Assembly (NCBI GenBank): GCA_038087875.1
Contig: CM075996.1
Location: 8,992,001 to 9,056,000, forward strand
DNA: 64,000 nucleotides
Direction: 5' to 3'
Source of the DNA: Malacoraja senta
Lineage: Eukaryota
Part shown: one piece after another, positions 25,538 to 37,596 of the stretch
How the letters are laid out: every line of letters starts with the position of its first letter
Position numbering within the stretch: the first letter of the stretch is position 1
Position numbers and translations under genes: made by a program
Notes under the pieces: generated by a model
Seen by the model: only the letters and a program-made list of their open reading frames with translations
Told to the model about the DNA's origin: nothing
The model's database searches: none

Positions 25538-26140
25538 AGGGCCTGTCCCACTTACGTGACCTTTACAGGCGACTGCTGGCACCCGTGATAGGTCGCCGAA
25601 ATTTTCAACATGTTGAAAATTCAGCAGCGACCAGAAAGATGCTACGACTCTTTGGAGACCTCTCACGACCATAGGAGACCTCTCACGTCCATAGGAGACC
25701 TCTCACGGCCATAGGAGACCTCTCACGACCATATAGGCGACCCCTGGCGACATGTCGCGGGTGACCTCTCATGACCATAGGAGACCTCTCACGACCATAG
25801 GAGACCTCTCACGACCATAGGAGACCTCTCACGACCATAGGAGACCTCTCACGACCATAGGAGACCTCTCACAACCATAGGAGACCTCTCACGACCATAG
25901 GAAACCTCTCACGACCATATAGGCGACCCCTGGCAACATGTCGCGGGTGAACTCTCACGACCATAGGAGACCTCTCACAACCATACAGCCTGTACGGTCG
26001 TGAGAGGTCTCCTATGGTCATGAGAGGTCTCCAAAGCGTCTTTCTGGTCGCCGCTGAATTTTCAACGTGTTGAAAATTTCGGTGACCTATCACGGGTGCC
26101 GGCAGTCGCCTGTAAAGGTCGCGTAAGTGGGACAGGCCTT
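25538..26140. mobile_element. PIF/Harbinger-type MITE with internal 20-bp tandem array (ggagacctctcacgaccata)n
   Basis: Long TIRs of about 140 bp; more than ten copies of the 20-mer at 25654-25985. Confidence 0.88.
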
Positions 26141-26703
26141 TAACACTACCCTACACACACTAGGGACAATTTACAATTCTCCAAAGCCAATTAACCTACA
26201 AACCCGCACGTCTTTGGAGTGTGGGAGGAAACCAGGGCACCCGAAGAAAACCCACGCAGGTCACGGGGAGAACGTACAAACTCGGTAGGGACAGCACCCG
26301 AAGTCGGGATGGAACCCGGGTCTCTGGCGCTGTGAGGCGGCAACTCTACCGCTGCGCCGCCGTGCTGCCCGTGAGGGAGGCATGTGGAGAGAGGGAGAGT
26401 GAGGAGAGAGGACAAATGGAGGGCTATTGAGAGTGCACTCAGGTGCACGGCCGTGGAAACGGTTTCTAAATGAATGCTCTGCCTTCGTTCACAATAGAAC
26501 GATGAGGACATTGTCGCCATTGTCGACATGAGGAAGATAATGGATACGAATTGGGCGGCAGGAGAGCGAGGGGAGACTGGGGCCTTGGGTGGTCTGCATG
26601 GGAGAGGGGAGCCCATTCTAGGTAGATGTTTTAGGTGAGGCAATTTGGAGATGGGGCCAGCATGTGTGTTTTCGACAGCCACTGTGTCTTCTTTCTCTCT
26701 CAG

Positions 26704-26884
26704 TGAAGAATGTTTGTTTCTACGGCGGCTGCTCCTACTACTGCAACATGGAGCACCCTCTCTGTGGGAAGCCAGAGCTGATGGAGGGCTCCATGGCATT
26801 CTATCTGCCTGACGTTACTCTGGCTAAGCGCCTGTCCTGGAGGAATCCTTGGAAACGGTCATACCACAAGAGCAAGAAAGCCAA
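26704..26884 (+). CDS. FAM20C: FAM20C-like internal exon (equivalent to FAM20C exon 6), 181 nt
   Basis: AG/GT bounded. Encodes [60 protein letters not shown], versus FAM20C [35 protein letters not shown]...WRNPWRRSY. Confidence 0.95.
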
Positions 26885-27440
26885 GTGAGTGCACAATATA
26901 CGATACGATAGAAGATTATTTATCCCAGGAGGGAAATTGATCTGCCACAGTCATAAAATACAGGATACATGACGAGTGTATTATGGATACATGACAAAAT
27001 CAACATGACAATTGGAAAGGATTGGGGTTGTGCAAAGATTTGGGGGGGGGGGGGGAGTCTTCATAACAAGAGGAGTTGATAATAGGAGAAAAGAGGTCCT
27101 TCTGCAGTTGTACAGGGCCCTAGTGAGACCACACCTGGAGTATTGTGTGCAGTTTTGGTCCCCTAATTTGAGGAAGGACATTCTTGCTATTGAGGGAGTG
27201 CAGCGTAGGTTTACAAGGTTAATTCCCGGGATGGCGGGACTGTCATATGCTGAGAGAATGGAGCAGCTGGGCTTGTACACTCTGGAGTTTAGAAGGATGA
27301 GATGTTGCATGTCCAGCTGAGTTACTCCAGCATTTTGTGACCACCCCAATTATCTGAGGATGCCACTGACCCCCCCCCCCAACTCAGGATTACCCCGCCC
27401 CCTCCCCCCACCCCCGCCCTCCCCCCCCCCTCCGCCACTA

Positions 27441-27923
27441 GCTGTCCCACTTTCACGACCTAATCATGACCCTTTTTACTCGTGGACATCAGGCTAGAAA
27501 AACACCCGACCTACTTGATGTCACGAGTACCTATGACTAGCATCAGGGCCTGCTACGACCTACCTACGACCTCCTACGACCTCCCACGACCTTGTGACGA
27601 CCATGCTGCGAGTATGAGTCAAGGACAAACTCGGCAGAGGTCGTGAATTTTTCCCCTTGATTCGAACTCGGGAATTACGGTAACAGCCGTTCGTAGGTAC
27701 TCGGGGCCATTTTTTAAACTCGTGGACATTTTTCAACATGTTGAAACAAACGTCCCGACTTACCTGATGCCCCGAGTTCCTACGGCTGGCATTACGAGCC
27801 GCTACAAAACATCTACGCACTCCTACGGGCTCGCTACCGACATTACCCGACATTCCCCGAGTTCGAATCAAGGGGAAAACTCGGGAGAGTTCGTGAGTAG
27901 CTCGGGAAAGTGGGACAGGGCCT
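27441..27923. mobile_element. PIF/Harbinger-type MITE
   Basis: ctgtcccacttt...aaagtgggacagg; related to 58514-59153. Confidence 0.78.
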
Positions 27924-28373
27924 TAAGGCCCCTATTCTCTCCCAACTCCAGACTACACCAATCCCATCTCAGCCCCACTTTAACAGAACAGTGCCCAATC
28001 ATCCCCAACAGAACTCCATAAGATGTAGGAGCAGTGTTAGGCCATTCTGCCCATCGGGCTTTCTCTGCCATTCAATCATGGCGCATGTATTTTTCCCCTC
28101 CAACCCCATTTTACTGCCTTCTCCCCTTAACCTTTGACGCCCTTACTCATCAAGAACTTATCAATCTCCACTTTAAAAAGACCCAAGGGCTTGGGTAGTC
28201 CAGCCACTGCAGCCTGCAGTAACTCCAGACACTAACCCCCCCCCCCCCCCCCCTCAATCGCAATCCATAAAATCCCCATTTAGGGCTGCTCTGTATCGCT
28301 CCCAGAAGAGGCCCAGATGTATCCCAACTCATGACACCACAGACAACCGCTCAGCTTCAGCGTCACAGCTTCA

Positions 28374-28720
28374 CAAAAAGGCTGCCAACATCATCAAAGA
28401 CCCACACCATCCTGGCCACACACTCATCTCTCCATTGCCATCGAGAAGAAGGTACAGGAGCTTGACATCTGCAACATCCAGGTTCAGAAATAGCTGCTTC
28501 CCCACAGCCATCAGGCTATTAAACACTACATCAAACAAGCTCTGAACAATAAGTCTATAGCACTTTATCTGTTTATTTATTGTGTATATAAATGGTCTAT
28601 ACCACTGAACTTTTATCTCCTGTTCTGTACTATGTTTACATATTCTGTTGTGCTGCAGCAAAGCAAGAATTTCATTGTCCTACCTGGGACACATGACAAT
28701 AAAACTCTCTTGACTTGACT
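28374..28720 (+). mobile_element. Rex1/Babar-type LINE 3' fragment
   Basis: Same 3' sequence as 21913-22322; further fragments at about 1300-1540 and 19840-20130. Confidence 0.8.
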
Positions 28721-29498
28721 GTCCTGACCCCCAGTCCTTGACTGTAATGTCCGCTACTTCAGAGTCCCTGCTCTGCTCCGGCCACCGCTCACTGTCTCGT
28801 GGCCCAGGGCTGCGCCACAGAGTCTAACACGTCACCCTGTCTAACCAAAGATCGGCGCTAGGGAGATGCCGCAAACCTTAAAGTCCCCTCACTCACCACA
28901 ACCCACGTCTGACGCAGCCCAACTCCACAAACCACAGTGAAAAGCCACAGCGCTTTCTCCGCCTCACTGTTTATGCACTCACACAGCTCCAGCCAGTCAG
29001 CTGAGATTATAAATTCAGAAATGATCGGAGCATTTTTTGCCAGCGTCTACTCCGCCATTCAATCATGGCTGATCTCTCTCCCCCTCCTAACCCCATTCTC
29101 CTGCCTTCTCTCCAGAACTCCTGACACCCGTACGAATCAATTTATATTAAATGACCATTGAAGAGCTCACTCCCCCAACGCCTTCTCTCATGCTTCAACT
29201 TGCCACTGCCTTCTCCACGTGGTTCTCTCCTCCCCTCTGCCTCTCCTCACTTACCCCCTCAACTTGTTCCCCTCACCCCTCCTTGATCTTTCAACTCATT
29301 GCTCTGCCCCTCTAACCCCAGCCTCGTCACATCACAACAACCTTTCCCAACTCGTCTCTCATCAGGTCATAAGTGATAGGAGCAGAATTAGGCCATTCGG
29401 CCCATCAAGTCTACTCCGCCATTCAATCATGGCTGATCGATCTCTCCCTTCTAACCCCATTCTCCTGCCTTCTCCCCATAACCTCTGACTGCTGTACT

Positions 29499-29668
29499 TT
29501 TTCTTCTTCTTCCTCTTGCGTATGGCGTGCACAGCCTGAAGTTCGGCCTGCACAGCCTGAAGTTGTAAGACAACTTGTTCTATTTGATCTTATTTGATTG
29601 TGCACGCCAGGTTGATGGCATTCGCCGAAACAGGGTGGACCACGTGAAGGTTGCAATCTCCCACCCCC
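29499..29668 (-). mobile_element. HDV-ribozyme-headed short retroelement, full-length copy with small internal duplication
   Basis: Reverse complement of the same family; TSD ctgctgtact/ctgccgtact; sits inside a CR1 3' tail; P1' here is CCACCCU. Confidence 0.82.
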
Positions 29669-29717
29669 CTGCCGTACTAATCAAGAATCTATCTATCTCT
29701 GCCTTAAAGATATCCAC

Positions 29718-30198
29718 AGGTTCACCAGGTTAATTCCCGGGATGACGGGACTGTCATATGTTGATAGAATGGAGCGGCTGGGCTTGTATACACTGGAATT
29801 TAGGATGAGAGGGTATCTTATTGAAACATATAAGATTATTAAGGGATTGGACACGCTAGAGGCAGGAAACATGTTCCCAATGTTGGGGGAGTCCAGAACC
29901 AGGGGTCACAGTTTAAGAATAAGGGGTAAGCCATTTAGAACGGAGACAAGGAAACATTTTTTCACCCAGAGAGTTGTGAATCTGTGGAATTCTCTGCCTC
30001 AGAAGGCAGTTGAGGCCAATTCTCTGGATGCTTTCAAGAGAGAGCTAGATAGAGCTCTTAAAGATAGCGGAGTCAGGGGATATGGGGAGAAGGCAGGAAC
30101 GGGGTACTGATTGTGGATGATCAGCCATGATCACAATGAATGGCGGTGCTGGCTCGAAGGGCCGAATGGCCTACTCCTGCACCTGTTGTCTATTGTCT
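29718..30198 (+). mobile_element. HER1/CR1 LINE 3' end
   Basis: ORF 29742-30110; (tattgtc) tail; another copy at 30548-30825. Confidence 0.88.
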
Positions 30199-30304
30199 TG
30201 GCCTCCACAGCCTTTTGTGGCAAAGTATTCCATCCACTCTCCTCGTCTGTCACTATCCGCACCACCCGCTGCTCGTCCGAGTCCTCACTCTCTTTCTGTT
30301 GCAG

Positions 30305-30414
30305 GTGGGAAGTGAACCCGCGATACTGCGAGAAGATTAAAAACATGGCACCGTACAACACTGGAACCCGGCTGGTTGATCTGATGGACATGACCATCCT
30401 GGACTTCCTGATGG
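30305..30414 (+). CDS. FAM20C: FAM20C-like internal exon (exon 7 equivalent), 110 nt
   Basis: cag|G...G|gtgagg. Encodes WEVNPRYCEKIKNMAPYNTGTRLVDLMDMTILDFLMG; phase compatible with neighbours. Confidence 0.95.
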
Positions 30415-30912
30415 GTGAGGGAACATTCCCGTGTGTCTTGGCCGGTTGTGAGTCGGTTCTTCGGGCAGGGTTCAGGATGGAGACGTGGACTGGGCAGGGC
30501 GGACATGGGGAATGGCAGGACAGGGGAGGGTGGAGTGGAAGGCCACTCTGTGGAATTCTCTGTGGAATTCTCTGCCTCAGAGGGCGGTGGAGGCAGGTTC
30601 TCTGGATGCTTTCAAGAGAGAGCTAGATAGGGCTCTTAAAAATAGCAGAGTCAGGGGATATGGGGAGAAGGCAGGAACGGGGTACTGATTGGGGATGATC
30701 AGCCATGATCACATTGAATGGCTGTGCTGGCTCGAAGGGCCGAATGGCCTACTCCTGCACCTATTGTCTATTGTCTATTGTCTATTGTCTATTGTCTATT
30801 GTCTATTGTCTATTGTCTATTGTCTAAGGCGAAGGAGCGGACTGGGCTGAGCATGGAGCCGAGAGTGGATGAATGTGTGGCCTAGACTAGGGTGTGAGCA
30901 TTGAGGACTGTG

Positions 30913-31120
30913 ACACAAAATGCTGGAGTAACTCAGCGGGGCAGGCAGCATCCCCGGGGAGAAGGAATGGGTGACGTTTCGTGTCGAGACCCTTCTTCAG
31001 AATCTCGACCCGAAACGTCACCCATTCCTTCTCTCCAGAGATGCCGCCTGTCCCGCTGAGTTACTCCAGCATTTTGTGTCTATCTTCGATTTAAACCAGC
31101 GTCTGCAGTTCCTTCCCACA
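30913..31120. mobile_element. Palindromic Penelope pseudo-LTR derivative
   Basis: gacacaaaatgctggagtaactcagcggg...gtgacgtttc mirrored by gaaacgtcacc...ctgagttactccagcattttgtgtc. Similar palindromes at about 16725-16905, 18325-18515 and 20830-21045. Confidence 0.8.
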
Positions 31121-31344
31121 CAGTGAGGATTGAGGGTGGTGTGTGTGGGCGGAACGGGTAGTGAGTGTGTGTAAGGACTGCGCTTGGTCGGGTGGGTTGT
31201 GTGGAACGGGGGTTGTGTTATCTACGGTAGCCTTGGTGCACGGGGCAAATGCCGCGCGCGCTGTGTTAGTGCAGTGTTAATGCAGTGAAAGAACTTGAGC
31301 CAACATCGTTTGAATTCACACCAGTCTCTGCGTTCTTTCCGCAG

Positions 31345-31426
31345 GTAACCTGGACCGGCATCACTATGAAACATTCCAGAAGTTTGGTAATGACACCTTC
31401 CTCCTTCACTTAGATAATGGCCGAGG
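31345..31426 (+). CDS. FAM20C: FAM20C-like catalytic exon (exon 8 equivalent), 82 nt
   Basis: Encodes [27 protein letters not shown] with the catalytic DRHHYE and metal-binding DNG motifs intact; canonical AG/GTGAGT. Confidence 0.96.
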
Positions 31427-31528
31427 GTGAGTGACCATGAATGGCCCAATGTCAAAAGCAAATAATATTGGACGAACATATAAAGGGAACTGTCAGTAAC
31501 CGGGCAAAATTGAGAAAGGAAAGAGTAA

Positions 31529-31757
31529 TGGGCCTGTCCCACTTAGGCGACTTTTTGGGCGACTACAGGCGACTGCCGCAAAATTTTCAACGCGTTGAAA
31601 AATTTTCGGTGACAGTGGCGACAATGTTTGTTGTCGTAGGTTGATGTAGGCGTTGCCGTAGGTGCTGTCGGAGGTTGTCGCCAGGTGTCGTAGGTGAATT
31701 CCATTAAAACCAGTCCCTGGTGGTCGCTTAAAGAGTCGCCTAAGAGGGACAGGCACA
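31529..31757. mobile_element. PIF/Harbinger-type MITE (short)
   Basis: tgggcctgtcccacttaggcgac / gtcgcctaagagggacaggcaca. Confidence 0.8.
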
Positions 31758-32275
31758 TAGCCATAGAGGGAGTGCAGAGAAGGTTCACCAGACTGATTCC
31801 TGGGATGTCAGGACTTTCATATGAAGAAAGACTGGATAGACTTGGCTTATACTCGCTAGAATTTAGGAGATTGAGAGGGGATCTTATAGAAACGTACAAA
31901 ATTCTTATGGGGTTGGACAGGCTAGATGCAGGAAGATTGTTCCCGATGTTGGGGAAGTCCAGGACAAGGGGTCACAGCTTAAGGATAAGGGGGAAATCCT
32001 TTAAGACCGAGATGAGAAAAAACTTTTTCACACAGAGAGTGGTGAATCTCTGGAACTCTCTGCCACAGAGGGTAGTTGAGGCCAGTTCATTGGCTATATT
32101 TAAGAGGGAGTTAGATGTGGCCCTTGTGGCTAAAGGGATCAGGGGGTATGGAGAGAAGGCAGGTACGGGATACTGAGTTGGATGATCAGCCATGATCATA
32201 TTGAATGGCGGTGCAGGCTCGAAGGGCCGAATGGCCTACTCCTGCACCTATTTTCTATGTTTCTATGTTTCTATG
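31758..32275 (+). mobile_element. HER1/CR1 LINE 3' end, young
   Basis: Open ORF AIEGVQRRFTRLIPGM...GYGEKAGTGY; near-identical to 56063-56481. Confidence 0.9.
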
Positions 32276-32544
32276 TATCTATAAGGAATGAGTAGATTTT
32301 AGTTTAGTTTCAGTTTAGTTTATTGTCACGTGTACCGAGGTACAGTGAACAGCTTACGTTGCGTGCTAACCAGTCAGCGGAAAGACAATACATGATTACA
32401 ATCGAAACGTCCAACGTGTACAGATACAGGATAAAGGAATCGCGTTTAGTGCATGATAAAGTCCAGTAAAGGGCGATTAAAGATAGTCCGTGGGTCTCCA
32501 TTAAAGGGATGAGTAAAAGGATAGATTAAACACCTATCGTGTTT

Positions 32545-35500
32545 AATAGTAAGATTAAACGAGAACTTACCAGTTTGAAGTTTGATCTTTATTTTATGAG
32601 GAGTTACGTCGAGGGATTACGTGAAGAACCCCGCCAGCACGCATGCGCGACATTCTTCAAAGCAGCGGTGTGGAATCACAGTAATAGTAATGAAATAAAC
32701 ATAGTAAGATAAGAAGAACTAGGATACCAGTTGACCTTTACAAGAGGGTGGGCGCGGAGGGCACGTAATCCCTCGACGTAACTCCTCATTAAAATAAAGA
32801 TCAAACTTCAAACTGGTAAGTTCTCGTTTAATCTTACTATTTTACTTCGGAGTCACGTGAGTGACTACGTGAAGATTTTAAAGATCTGTGATTTCATGCC
32901 GTGGAAACGAGTCCATGCTTCACACACTGCATCAGTTGACTACTGATGAGTGATCATTAATAATGCATTCAGACATGACTTAGATATAGACATGTTGATG
33001 CTTTTAATGAACAAACAATGATAATAGTAACCTCACTCAACCGAGAGGGAACTATGAAACAGAACTAGCATAGAGTTGGCAAATACCCCCAATCTGGTAA
33101 TGGGTTGTTATAAATGATTGGAAAGATCGTTAGTTTGACCACCCTGCAGTCGCTAGGATGTGGTCCTCCTAACGTCCATACCCTGCTGCTGTGGTAGTTG
33201 CAGCCCTGGTGGAGTGAGACTTGAATATTAGTGTTCACTCCTGTATAAGCCAGCCCCTTTATAACCACCTGGAGATGGTCTGTAGTGATCCCTTCTTACA
33301 AGGCTAATGTAACTAACAATATTGCTAGTTCAGAGTCTTTAATGCTCTAGTGACCTACATTCTGGTGTAGATGTGTGACTACACACAACCGAAGGTCCAT
33401 GAGATATGTGAACAATCTAGTTAGACCTGATGTCCCAGGTCTATTCTGCTTGACTAAGTCATAAACATAATGTTATTTAGCCCGCAGATATTATCATCGT
33501 GTCCAGTTACTGCTAATGCCATGTCTGGAACCGTTGTGCTGAACTCAGCGCCATGGGCATAACCACTTGTAGGCGAGTTTGACCAAGGACAGGGATGTAG
33601 CTGGAGCCCACCGACGAACAACGTGGCACAATGTTAACATCCTATATCTCTGCGTACCCAGGCCTGGGAGGTTTAGAGTTGAAGATACCCTTCATTACCT
33701 GAATCCCAGAGGGTGAGACCCAACAGAGTGGATTCTGTTCCCCGCAGCCAGCATGATGAGAAGGCACTTTAGGCACAGTAAATAGCACTTTAACTTGATA
33801 ATTGTCAACCCCATACAAAACTGACCTTCAAGCCGTCAGTCATCTGTGCCGAGCTGGATGTAATACAACATAAAACAAATACCTCCCATCTCCTTATGAG
33901 GAGATACTACTGTTTGGTGCTATCCCTGCATCTGCAGTGAGCACGTCCAAGGTATGGTTTGACAACCTGAGCTGCAGGAATGGTCTTCGCAGAGTCTGTA
34001 ATCAAAGCATAGGTTATATCATGCAAAGGATGGTTCCCCGAGTCACGGTAAAACCAGCAAATTTTATGTCCAGAATTAACCATATAAGGTTCTGTCATCA
34101 TTCCCCACATCAGCGGGAACCATCGCTGTAGAAGCCAGGCAGGCACTATGAAAATACCTGAAGCGGTAGCTTGCTGAATTTGCAAGACCTGTCTGATGAG
34201 GCAAAATGGAGGAAGACATTCCTCCCAGTGTAGCGAGAATACATCCATCGCCATTGATATGCCACATATATTGCAACTGGTGATTGAGCCTGGATGCAGA
34301 CATTTCGATCTTCAGCGTTTCATCGAGCCACAATGTCATTAAACACTTAGCGATCCAACATCAATTCTGTATTGACAATTGATGATATACCAGTGCTAGA
34401 TGAGGTTAGGTAATTTATCACTGGATACTTTGACTGATTATACCCATGTCATCAACATATACCTCCACAAAAGTGAATCAACTTGGACTTAAGCATGCAC
34501 CCCTTAATCCACAGAATGCACCTGTTGTCTGTAAGTAGTTGATACCATATAACTGAACATTTGGTAACTCATGCAAATCCCATCCGTCTCCGTAATTTAG
34601 AGCTGATATTAGTAATTTTCCATCTTTGAGCAATAGCATCAGTTTGTAATTAACTGAAGATAATTGATGAAAAGTTAATGGAGCAATGCTGAATACTATT
34701 CGTCCATCATGGTGACTTTGATAGTTTCAGCCGGGAATAGGTAAGGTCTGGTAACAATGGTACTTGAGAATTGATTCCAATCTCTTGCCTCAGGGCGGAG
34801 TCCCAGACAATTTCAGTTGGTATCAACGTAAATTTAACTTAAATTTAACTGGATGGATGAGAACTCAATTCCAGCTAAATTTTGAAATACCTCTGATGCC
34901 TTGTGAATGGAAACTGATCCCATGGTAGTTAACAGTCACGAAGTTCCCTATTCAGAAATGTCTATACTGCACAAGCGAGTTGTACCTGTTAACAATGAAC
35001 AGGCCTCATTGCCCCAATTGCGATACTGCCTAAAAAGGGAACGCCAACCATGTTTTCGAGAACTCTGGTGCTTGAATGCTGTGCAGTATAAACTAATCTG
35101 ATCTGTAAAACCCAAGTGTAAATATTACCAACTAGTATCCGTAATCCGAAGCTTCTCCTTCATACTCCAAATGGGAGGACTTATACAAGCTGCCCAGGAG
35201 CTGCCTCAACCAGCTTCATCCTTCAATCAGCTTCATCCTTCATACATCCGAATGGTAGGACTTATGCAACCTGAGTCAGGAGCTGCCTTAGGTATGTGTA
35301 TGTATTTTAGCACCATCTGCATCCATCTGTTTTATCGAGTGGGAGGAATTGCAACCCTGTAACAGGTGTCGCTTCAGGCATATGTGCACTTCAGTAGCAC
35401 CCTCTACCACTCCGGCTCATTTGAGTGGGAGGAAATTTGCAACCCTGAACCAGGAGCTGCTGCCTGACATGCCTTCCACACTCTTGCGGGGTTGGCGCAT

Positions 35501-36920
35501 CTTCCACGAAGGCCGTTCTGGGCCGCGGTCTAAAAAAGACCTCTGTTCTGATCGTACGGCCTTCGGCTTTCACCAGCTTCGGTGTCTGCTGGTGGGTGCA
35601 TAGTAGACTTGTGGCATCTTCAGCCAACCCCATGTCTTCAGAGTCAGCCCAGAAGTGACTCCTAATGCTCCCCTCTGTCAAGGGAGATGCATTATGCAGC
35701 CCTCAACGAGGTGCTGCCATGGCCGTCCTAGGAGGCCCATGGTGACCAGGCTCCATATCCTGGAGCACGTCACATTGGAGCATCTGCTCCATCAACCGCC
35801 CATGCGGGATATGCGATCTCGGTCGCTGCCAGCCGGCGGTGATTCTTCACGGCCCGACTCGTCCGAGTCTATGGCCTGTCCGTCCTCTGCTTGGTCTTTC
35901 CTCCAGTCTGTAGTGTTGATTCAGACTGTACAGGTGCCGGGACGGAGACTGCTGACCCCACAGATTGCGATCCAGATGCAGTCGGCCGCTGCTGACTGCC
36001 CGTACTTCCGCGGTCCAGCCAGTCTGGATGCAGCCCGTTTGGACTTCGTTCCCGACTTGTCCATAGTTCCTTCCCTGTAACACAGAAATGGAACAAAATA
36101 CGACCCCAGAGTAAAGAACTTACCTGCAGGTCTTGTTATCTGGAAAAGGCGGATTCGACCGCTGCCCGCTACCCGCAGTCTGCGGTCTCCGTAGCGGGTT
36201 CCCTGCGGTCCCTGTAGAAGGGATTCCCCGCAAAGCCCATGTCGGGTTTTCCCCCCAGCCGGGTATCCCCGTAGTTCTTGCAGCCGGGGTTCCCTCTGCA
36301 GTCCTTGTAGAAGGGGTTTCCCGCGAAATCCATGTCGGGTTTTCCCCCCGAGCCTGGTATCCCCGCGGTTCTTGCAGCCGGGGTTCCCTCTGTAGTCCTT
36401 GTAGAAGGGATCCCCGCGAAATCCATGTCGGGTTTCCCCCCTGAGCCTGGTATCCCCGCGGTTCCTGGAAAAAATAGTCGCTTACCCTCCAGTGGGTTGC
36501 CACCAGCCTGAAGCCGCTGGCTCCACTGCCAGCGACTCGAAAAAGGCGAACTCAACCGCCGCCCGCTACCCGCATTGCGGCCTCCGTAGCGGGTTCCCCG
36601 CGATCCGTGGGCGGGTTTCCCCGAGGTCATGACCGGGATTTCCCCGACCCTGTGGTCAGCGACTGGGGTTCCTCGCGGTCCATAAAGGATCTCCCGCGAC
36701 CCGGCCGACTTCGCCGAAATAAAGCAGGACCTCTGTAAGGCTTACAGAGATTCCTGCAAAACACAACCTGGAAAAGTTTAAAACTTACCTTCAGGTTGGA
36801 CTGCTGGTGGAGCAGCGCTCCCCCCAGCCTGTCGTTTGCGCAATGCGATAGACGATATATGTCGCGCATGCGTGCTGGCGGGGTCTTCACGTAGTCACTC
36901 ACGTGACTCCGAAGTAAAAT
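32545..36920 (-). mobile_element. DIRS1-type tyrosine-recombinase retrotransposon with complete termini and decayed ORFs
   Basis: Inverted terminal repeat at 32618-32652 and 36860-36893. Internal complementary region 32762-32875 is complementary to both element ends. Remnant motifs: SASRLNHQL and DVFSLHW..PPFCLI..VLQ..GIFIVPAW...WFP (RNase H/methyltransferase region, about 34100-34320) and DHILATAGWS (recombinase C-terminus, about 33130-33170). Confidence 0.92.
36190..36465. repeat. About 3 tandem copies of a ~90-bp GC-rich unit in the DIRS 5' leader
   Basis: Repeated gggttccct...gtagaaggg...catgtcgggttttcccc...ggtatcccc. Confidence 0.85.
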
Positions 36921-37058
36921 CTGAGCAATGGAGTTAAATCCATGCAAGAGTGAGATGCCGCTCTTTAGGCGATCAGATATAAAAGTAAAGTATACAGTTA
37001 ATGGCAGGACCCGAAACAGCATTGATGTGCAGAGGGATCTTGGAGTCTAAATCCATAA

Positions 37059-37596
37059 AGGGGCTGTCCCACTGCGGCGACCTAATTGGCGAGTTTAGAA
37101 GAGTTTCCCCTCGACTCATACGTGTAGCATGGTTGACATGAGGTTCTAGGAGGTCTTTGTAACTCTCCTTCATGCTTGAGAGTAGTCCCCTCGAGGGCTC
37201 AGCTAGGTCGCGGCGTATTTTTCAACATGCTGAAAAATGCCCGCGAGTAAAAAGGGGTCGCCATGGAAAGGTTCAGTCGAAGTAGGTTCAGTCGAAGTAG
37301 GTCGTAGTGGGTCGGCATGTTATTCGTAGGTAATCGGGGGTAGTCGAAGGTAATCGAAGGTATTCGTAGATAGTCTTCATCATAGTCGAAGGGAGTTCGA
37401 AGGAGATCGAAGGAGGTCGTCTTCACTCTCCACTATTCGGTGTCCAATTTTCCCGTAGCTAGTCGTAGCTAGTCTTCAACGTGGTCGAAGGAGGTCTTCT
37501 ACATAGTCGAAGGAGGTCCTCAACATGATATTTTTTCAAACTCTCCTAAACTCTTCTAAACTCGCCAATCAGGTTGCCGCAGTGGGACAACTCCCT
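37059..37596. mobile_element. PIF/Harbinger-type MITE
   Basis: aggggctgtcccactgcggcgacc / ggttgccgcagtgggaca. Confidence 0.82.

Noticed and set aside
25654..25985. CRISPR-like array
   Set aside because: Repeats are contiguous without unique spacers, lie inside a MITE, and the DNA is eukaryotic with no cas genes.
26191..26799. 202-aa minus-strand ORF
   Set aside because: Antisense to the real exon and runs into SINE sequence; no recognisable domain.
30111..30626. 171-aa ORF as a standalone gene
   Set aside because: Chance read-through of a LINE tail, the 110-nt FAM20C-like exon and intron sequence.
35391..36630. Several GC-rich ORFs as host genes
   Set aside because: They lie within the DIRS gag/leader region and its tandem repeats.
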